The notes under the pieces: generated by a model
The model's database searches: none
What the model saw: the letters and a program-made list of their open reading frames with translations, nothing else
Told to the model about the DNA's origin: nothing
Source: Pseudomonadota bacterium
GTDB taxonomy: Bacteria; Pseudomonadota; Alphaproteobacteria; UBA2136; JASBTF01
Length of the DNA: 64,000 nucleotides
Reading direction: 5' to 3'
Assembly (NCBI GenBank): GCA_030148545.1
Contig: JASBTF010000002.1
Location: 49,218-113,217, forward strand
Part shown: positions 58,381-64,000 of the stretch, one piece after another
Numbering within the stretch: the first letter of the stretch is position 1
How the letters are laid out: each line of letters begins with the position of its first letter
Program-made: the position numbers and the translations under genes

Positions 58381-58842
58381 GTGAGTGAGCATTTACTTTT
58401 GTTGGTGGCAGAGGCATTGCCATGGTTTTTTCCGCTTTTAATGGTGGTTTTGGGGGGTGTTTTTGGCAGCTTTTTAAGCTGCATGACCTACCGTGTGCCA
58501 TGTGGGCTTAACCCCAGCCAGCCGCCCAGCTATTGCCCGCAGTGCAACACACCGCTAGGTGTGGTGGACCTGGTACCCGTGCTCAGCTGGGTGTTTTTGC
58601 GTGGCAAATGCCGCCACTGTGGGGCCAAGTTTGGGTATCGGTATCTGCTTATTGAGCTTGCAACCATTGCTGTGGCTTATGCCGTGTGGCTATTTGTTGG
58701 GCCGCATTGGCACCTGTTGCCAGCCTTTGCAGGCGCAGTGGCTGGGCTGTTTGTGCTACTTTGTGCAGTGGTGGAACGCCACCTGGCGCCTCGGGTGTTG
58801 CTCTTTTCCCTCATGATGTTGGGGGTTATTGCCCTTACCTAG
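58381..58842 (+). pseudogene. Prepilin peptidase-like protein truncated to the N-terminal Zn-finger/TM domain (153 aa). The A24 catalytic domain is absent and the first catalytic Asp position is replaced.
   Basis: GSFLSCMTYRVP...CPQC...CRHCG matches the PilD N-terminal tetracysteine domain. Where PilD has I-D-x-D-H-x-L-L-P-D, this protein has V-V-E-R-H-L-A-P-R, and it stops about 25 aa later. No GGGD[VI]KL motif is found in any frame downstream. Confidence 0.55.
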
Positions 58843-58889
58843 GTGCAACCCTTGTTTGGTTGTGGCGGCTGCCACACACTCTGATCGGG

Positions 58890-61800
58890 ATGATTTATGC
58901 CGTGACCCGCGTTAGTTTACTTGTGGCCAGTGTTGCCACGGTTTTTGCTTGCACCGCATTAACCCCAGTACAAGCGGCGGAAGAGGCACAGGTTGCCACT
59001 GGCACTATTGAAAAACCGCGCATTTACATGCGCCGCACCACCCCCCTGCCCCCCAAGCCAACCGAGGAAGAGTTGGAAGATAAGATCCGTCGCATTTTGG
59101 CAGAGTCACTGGTGCAACCAGCACCAAATGTGGAAGTAGCCCTACGTGAAATTGCCCGCCAAACTGTGGTAAGTGGTAATGAGGCTGAGGTTCAAGCTGC
59201 GATTCGCCGTGTGGCTGAGCAAACACTACGTGACAATGGCGATGAGCTACGCGCACTAGCACTACAAACACTGAGTGACAACGAGGGGTACATCTCCACC
59301 GTGGCACGCCGTACGGTAGAGCAATCGGACGATGTGATTGCTGGTGTGGCACAAGAGGTGGCTGCAGCTGAGTTTGCGGCGAATCGTCCGCTGATTGAAG
59401 ATGTGGCAACAGTGATTGCCAGCAGCCAAATTCAACGTGCACAACCACGTTTTGAGGAACTTGCCGAGCAAATTGCTGACCGGGTGGCACTGGCTCAACT
59501 AGATGCGGCACGGCCCGACTTTTTGGCTGAGAGCGAGCTGATTGCAACCCGTATTGCACAGAGTGAATTGAAGGCCACAGCCCCTGCCCTGTTGGCAGAA
59601 GGCGAGCAGCGTGCGCAGCGCATTGCCGACCGCACAGCAGCGCAACAATTGGCCGCCGCACGCCCAGAGTTTGCCGCCACAGCACGTGAAATTGCAATGG
59701 CAGAAATTATTGCCTCTGAGCCACGGGTACGGACACTGGCGAACGAAATTGCTTTCCGTGTGGCTGAGGACCGTATTACAGCAGCACAACCAGCCTTTGC
59801 TGAGGCTGCAACTGCTATTGCCGCAGCACAAGTGGCTGGCGCACAACCAAATTATGAGCAGTTGGCGGAGCGTATTGCTCAGCGTGTTGCTGCCGACCAA
59901 TTGATTGCTATTCGCCCTGAACTTAACAGCGATGCGCAGGAAATTGCAGTGGCCGAAATTGCTGCAGCGATGCCGCAAATTCGTGACCTGGCGCAAACCG
60001 AAATTGGCAATGCACGTGGGCTAATGGCGCAAGTAACGCGAGAGACCATTACCGGTGGCGAGGAAGGTGATATCCGCGCTGCAATGGCTGGTATTGCCCG
60101 CCAAACATTGGCCGATAGTGGCGATGCGTTGCGTGCTTACACGATTCAGGCGCTTGGTGAAAATGAAGAGTTTATTCAATTGGTTGCTCGCCGCACGGTG
60201 GAGCAATCGGATGACGTGATTGCTACGGTAGCAGGCCAAGTGGCAAGCGAGCAGCTGGCCGCAGCACAGCCAGAATTTTTAGCCGAAAGCGAGCAAATTG
60301 CTGCCCGTTTGGCACAAAGCGAAGTTGAAGCTGTTGAACGCCGTTTGCAAAAACGTGCTGAAAAAACAGCGGGTAAGGTTGCTAAGGCCAGTATTCGCCA
60401 AGCAGAACGTGAGTTTGAGATTTCAGCAGAAGAAATTGCCCAGCGTATTGCTCAGCGCCAGTTAAAAGCAGCTGAAAAAGGCTTGTTGAAAGAAAGTGAA
60501 CAAATTGCGCAGCGCGTAAGCCGTGAGCAGTTTAAGCAGGCTCAACCACGTATTGAGGCCACAGCAACCGAATTGGCTGAACGCATTGCTGCTCGCCAAA
60601 TTGAAGCAGCGGAAGAGCGCTTTGAGCTTTCAGCGCAGGATATTGCAACACGTGTAGCTGACCAACGTTTTACTGGTGGTAGCGAAGAAATTGCCGCCAT
60701 TGCTGGCCGTGTAGCTGATGAGCGTTTTGTGAACGGTGGCCAAGAAATTGAAGAGATTGCTGAGTTGGTTGCACAGCGTGTGAGCCAGCGTGAGCTCACC
60801 CAGGCGCAGCCACAATTAGCACGTTTAGCGCGTGATGAGGCAGAGGCTGTGTTGGCTGAAGCGGAGCAGGATATTCGTGCTCTTGCGCAGGCTGAGGTGG
60901 CTGGTGCGCGTAACATGATGGCTGAGGTTGCACGCCAAACTGTGGTGGACCCCAATGCGGCGGATATCCGCAGCGCCATGCGTGATGTAGCCGCACAAAC
61001 ATTGACCGAGAGTGGTGATGAACTGCGTGCTATGGCGTTACAGTCGCTCAGTGAAAATGAAGGTTTTATTCGTATGTTGGCGCGCCAAACGGTGACCGAC
61101 TCTGACGATGTGATTGCCCGTGTGGCTGAAGAAGTGGCAAGCGAGCGCTTGGCTGCTGCTAAGGCTGATTTTGCAACCACGGCTGAACAAATTGCGGTGG
61201 CACAGTTGGATGGACGTGAGCAGAGTTTCCGTGCCATTGCGCGTGAAGAAGCGCAGCTATTGGATAGCGAAGTACAAAGTGCGTTTGCTCAAGTGGCACG
61301 TAACACCGTGTTGAACCCAGATGAGGATGTGGCGGATTCCTTGCGCCGTGTAGCACGCCAAGTGGTAGTTGATGGGGATGAAACGGTTGTGGCCTCTATT
61401 GCTGATGTAGCACGCGAAACGTTAACCGATAGTAGCGATGCAGCGGTACAAGCTGCTGTACGCCGTGCTGCCGAACAAGCGCTACGCGCCAATGGGGATG
61501 AAATTCGTGCTATGGCATTGCAAAGCTTAGCGGATAGCGATGAGTTTATTCGCCTTGTTGCCCGCCAAGAAGTTGAAGACAGCAGTGCATTTATTGGTGA
61601 TGTAGCCCGCCAAGTGATTTTGGGTGAAGACGACAAAATTGAATTTGCGATTCAGCGTATTGCCAGTGCCACGGTGGATGAAAAGCTAAAGCAGCAAGGT
61701 TTAGTATCACCATTGGGTGACGTAATTGTGGATGACAGCGCTATTGCCGTAGCCACGCTAGATGGTGAGCCTGCCCGCTTTGCAGAACCAGCACCAATAG

Positions 61801-62108
61801 CCGGTGACTGGATTGATTTGCAGGATTACCAAGTGGTGATTCACGCTGATGATGTAACGCTAGAAGATATTGTGAGCGATGTGATGCACCAAGCGCAAAC
61901 GTTTGTAGGCCCGTGGGAGCTAGAGTGGGGCATTAGCCGCGCTAACCGCGATATTCTGCTAGAGAAATTTACACTTAATGCCGAAACCCGCTTTGACCAT
62001 TTTGTGAGTTATTTGTCTGAGTACATGATGTCGTTGCGTGGCATTAAGCTGGATTTCCAACTATACCAAAAAGACCGCCGATTGGTGATTACCGACAATG
62101 CAATTTAA
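58890..62108 (+). CDS. Giant secreted Ala/Glu/Gln/Arg-rich tandem-repeat protein (1072 aa) with a C-terminal PilL/TcpQ/STN-like domain
   Basis: Signal peptide MIYAVTRVSLLVASVATVFACTALTPVQA. About 23-aa AQPxFxxxAxxIAxRxAxxQL repeats interleave with four ~72-aa modules (...GDELRAMALQSLSENEGFIRMLARQTVTDSDDVIARVAEEVAS...). C-terminal ...DFQLYQKDRRLVITDN. Confidence 0.7.
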   Translation: MIYAVTRVSLLVASVATVFACTALTPVQAAEEAQVATGTIEKPRIYMRRTTPLPPKPTEEELEDKIRRILAESLVQPAPNVEVALREIARQTVVSGNEAEVQAAIRRVAEQTLRDNGDELRALALQTLSDNEGYISTVARRTVEQSDDVIAGVAQEVAAAEFAANRPLIEDVATVIASSQIQRAQPRFEELAEQIADRVALAQLDAARPDFLAESELIATRIAQSELKATAPALLAEGEQRAQRIADRTAAQQLAAARPEFAATAREIAMAEIIASEPRVRTLANEIAFRVAEDRITAAQPAFAEAATAIAAAQVAGAQPNYEQLAERIAQRVAADQLIAIRPELNSDAQEIAVAEIAAAMPQIRDLAQTEIGNARGLMAQVTRETITGGEEGDIRAAMAGIARQTLADSGDALRAYTIQALGENEEFIQLVARRTVEQSDDVIATVAGQVASEQLAAAQPEFLAESEQIAARLAQSEVEAVERRLQKRAEKTAGKVAKASIRQAEREFEISAEEIAQRIAQRQLKAAEKGLLKESEQIAQRVSREQFKQAQPRIEATATELAERIAARQIEAAEERFELSAQDIATRVADQRFTGGSEEIAAIAGRVADERFVNGGQEIEEIAELVAQRVSQRELTQAQPQLARLARDEAEAVLAEAEQDIRALAQAEVAGARNMMAEVARQTVVDPNAADIRSAMRDVAAQTLTESGDELRAMALQSLSENEGFIRMLARQTVTDSDDVIARVAEEVASERLAAAKADFATTAEQIAVAQLDGREQSFRAIAREEAQLLDSEVQSAFAQVARNTVLNPDEDVADSLRRVARQVVVDGDETVVASIADVARETLTDSSDAAVQAAVRRAAEQALRANGDEIRAMALQSLADSDEFIRLVARQEVEDSSAFIGDVARQVILGEDDKIEFAIQRIASATVDEKLKQQGLVSPLGDVIVDDSAIAVATLDGEPARFAEPAPIAGDWIDLQDYQVVIHADDVTLEDIVSDVMHQAQTFVGPWELEWGISRANRDILLEKFTLNAETRFDHFVSYLSEYMMSLRGIKLDFQLYQKDRRLVITDNAI

Positions 62109-63642
62109 GAAACTATACCTAACCTTATTGGTAACCACAGCGTTAACTGCTTGTGGCACAACAAGTACCGAACGTGAGCTGCTAAAGGCTGATCCGTTTG
62201 TGCCACCACAACAGGGTGATGGCGGTATTGAGGTGGCGCGCACCAACGTGGTGGGCCGTGCTGGTGTGCAGCAGGATGCTGACTGTGCAGCGGTGGCATT
62301 AGGTGTCAGCGTGGGTAGCTTGCAGGGTGAAGAACAGTATTTGTTTGATGCTTCTGGCGAGCCATGCCCGGTGCCAGGTACTTTGTTTGATGGCCGCACA
62401 GCAGTAGATAGCCGTGCCACAGCGGTAGATACAAACATTCGGTTTGTAGATACAATGGGCTACACTCCACCACGTACAGGTGTGGAAGGTGGTGCAGCGG
62501 TGCCGGTACTTGTAGTGCCGCCGAGCAAAAAATTAAATGCTCAATACCCGCCAGAAATGGCAGGTGATGATGGTGTAACAACGGTGATGTTGGCTTACCC
62601 GCAAGAGCAAGCACCGCAGCCTGTGCCACAGGCAGTGAGCCGTCCACCGGTAGATTTAGAAGCTAAAATTGCCCGCATGATGGAGCTGGAGCAGCGCCAA
62701 GCTGAAAAAGCGGCGCGCACACGTGTTTTAACCGAATCTGAGCGCTTATTGGCGGATATTCGTGATCTTGAGCGTATGAGTGAGACACAGCTCATTGAAG
62801 CGCATCAGGAACGCATTGAAGGATTAACAGCACAACTGCGTGAGCAGGAGCGTGCATTGGCGGTAAAAGAGCGCCACCAGGCAGATATTCAGGCGCGTAT
62901 TATACAAGCTGAACAACAGCAAGCGGCACAACACCAGTTTATGCGCCAAGAGCAAACACGTTTGGCGGAAGAGCGTGAACAACTGCAGCTACGCTTGGCA
63001 CAAATGAGTGCGGCAAACGAGCGTTTGGCAAACCGCCAACAACAGCGCGAAGAAGTGTTATTGCAGCAAATTAGCCAGTTAAGCGCTAATTTGGAGGCTG
63101 CTGAGATTGCTGCTGAGCAAGGCCGTCATGAATTGGTGGTGGAGGCAGCACAACGCATTGCCGAGGCTGAGCAACTGGCACAGGCGGCACGCACTGCCCA
63201 GCAACAAGCGCAGCAGCGCGAGGCATTACGCCTAAAAGTTGAGGGCGAAACCATGATGGAACGTGCGCTAGCCATGAATGAGGGTCGCCAAATTTTTGTA
63301 GAAGGCTTAAGCGACCAGTTGGCTATGGAAAGTAGCGAGACATTGGCACCGCTACCGCTAGACACAATACCGTTGTTTATTGAGGCGGTAGATACACCGC
63401 TGCGCGATATTTTTGAGCGTGTATTTAAACAGGCAGAAAACATGGCTGGTACGTGGCGTCATCGCTTTGAGTTAGATGCACAAAATGAAGAGATTTTAGA
63501 CGAACTGTGGACCGTAACGGCAGAAACAACGTTTGGCGAGTTTATGGCGTCTATTGCGGCACAGGTACAAGCAGAGCATCAGGTTCAGTTGCGTTACCGC
63601 CAGTTTGATACCGCGCGCTTGTTTGTGATCTCTGACAGGTAA
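62098..63642 (+). CDS. Outer-membrane-type lipoprotein with a long coiled coil and a C-terminal PilL/TcpQ/STN-like domain (PilL-like)
   Basis: Lipobox ALTACGT. The Gln/Glu/Arg-rich heptad region spans about 200 aa. C-terminal ...QVQLRYRQFDTARLFVISDR. 11-nt overlap with the upstream gene. Confidence 0.6.
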   Translation: MQFKKLYLTLLVTTALTACGTTSTERELLKADPFVPPQQGDGGIEVARTNVVGRAGVQQDADCAAVALGVSVGSLQGEEQYLFDASGEPCPVPGTLFDGRTAVDSRATAVDTNIRFVDTMGYTPPRTGVEGGAAVPVLVVPPSKKLNAQYPPEMAGDDGVTTVMLAYPQEQAPQPVPQAVSRPPVDLEAKIARMMELEQRQAEKAARTRVLTESERLLADIRDLERMSETQLIEAHQERIEGLTAQLREQERALAVKERHQADIQARIIQAEQQQAAQHQFMRQEQTRLAEEREQLQLRLAQMSAANERLANRQQQREEVLLQQISQLSANLEAAEIAAEQGRHELVVEAAQRIAEAEQLAQAARTAQQQAQQREALRLKVEGETMMERALAMNEGRQIFVEGLSDQLAMESSETLAPLPLDTIPLFIEAVDTPLRDIFERVFKQAENMAGTWRHRFELDAQNEEILDELWTVTAETTFGEFMASIAAQVQAEHQVQLRYRQFDTARLFVISDR

Positions 63643-63661
63643 TTAATGATGTTGCCCTACG

Positions 63662-63690
63662 AGCAAGCACCGGCTTTGCCGGTGCTTGCT
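63662..63690 (+). terminator. Strong 12-bp-stem hairpin ending the operon
   Basis: agcaagcaccgg-ctttg-ccggtgcttgct. The T-tract is weak. Confidence 0.5.
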
Positions 63691-63896
63691 ATACATAAAG
63701 TTGCCGTATAGGCACGGTTTATACCCCGAAAGTAAAAAAAATATGCCTAAACACTTGAAATGATGTTGGCGCTGTTCCATATGTGTGTACAAAGAGGGCC
63801 TGTGGGTACTCTAAATAGCGGTGGTGCAGGGTGTGTTGCCGCAGGGACTTGGGAAGGTTACCATAAGAGGTAACGGAACAATTTGGAGAGATGATA

Positions 63897-64000
63897 ATGA
63901 ATCGTAAATTTGTAACATTTGGTTTGGCTGGCGCTGCTGCTGCAGTAGCTCTGCTATCACCTGAGCTGGCTTTGGCACAGAGTGGTAATGCTAGTGGTGC
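63897..64000 (+). CDS. Secreted protein, N-terminal fragment (continues beyond the window)
   Basis: ggagagatgataATG SD. MNRKFVTFGLAGAAAAVALLSPELALAQSG signal peptide. Confidence 0.5.
   Translation, partial: MNRKFVTFGLAGAAAAVALLSPELALAQSGNASG

Noticed and set aside
60542-61237. 231-aa minus-strand ORF (and others at 59005-59996)
   Set aside because: Antisense to the giant repeat protein. The GC-rich Ala/Arg codon repeats keep antisense frames open. Ala/Ser/Arg-only translation.
1-64000. CRISPR arrays, IS elements, integrases, prophage genes
   Set aside because: I scanned for short regularly spaced direct repeats and for transposase/integrase-like translations and saw none. The only repeats are intragenic (the giant protein) or regulatory hairpins.

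Overview
This is a 64 kb stretch of a proteobacterial chromosome at about 50% GC. The gene order (mnmG-rsmG-parA-parB, leuS-lptE-holA, lpoA/yraN/BON-lipoprotein, hemW-rdgB-rph, secB, yggT) suggests a gamma/beta-proteobacterial backbone, but I cannot name the organism. Roughly 1-33.3 kb is densely packed housekeeping DNA: polA 3' end, an orphan sensor kinase, HIT, mnmG, rsmG, parAB, a porin, leuS, lptE, holA, a copper-chaperone/ABC-2 operon ending in dnaQ, trxB, hsp20, zapE, tRNA-Val(GAC), hldC-like, BON lipoprotein, yraN, lpoA-like, hemW, rdgB, rph, bcp, secB, a flotillin and yggT. From about 33.3 kb to the end the content switches to secreted and membrane proteins with no recognisable family, an orphan membrane-anchor-less type IV coupling-protein-like ATPase, and several repeat-rich intergenic regions. 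From 46.7-63.7 kb there is a translationally coupled 13-gene operon that looks like a divergent type IVb-pilus/T2SS-like machine. It encodes a lipoprotein secretin, a GspE/PilB-type Zn-finger ATPase, a GspF/PilC platform, GspL/M-like bitopic proteins, a long-leader pilin lacking Glu5, a 394-aa GFSLVE minor pilin, and a truncated prepilin peptidase lacking its catalytic aspartates. It also encodes three paralogous proteins sharing a PilL/TcpQ/STN-like C-terminal domain, one of them a 1072-aa Ala/Glu/Gln/Arg-rich tandem-repeat protein. This cluster is the main candidate for an undescribed system. I saw no transposase, integrase or CRISPR array. All calls come from reading the translations and the DNA. 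No database search was run.
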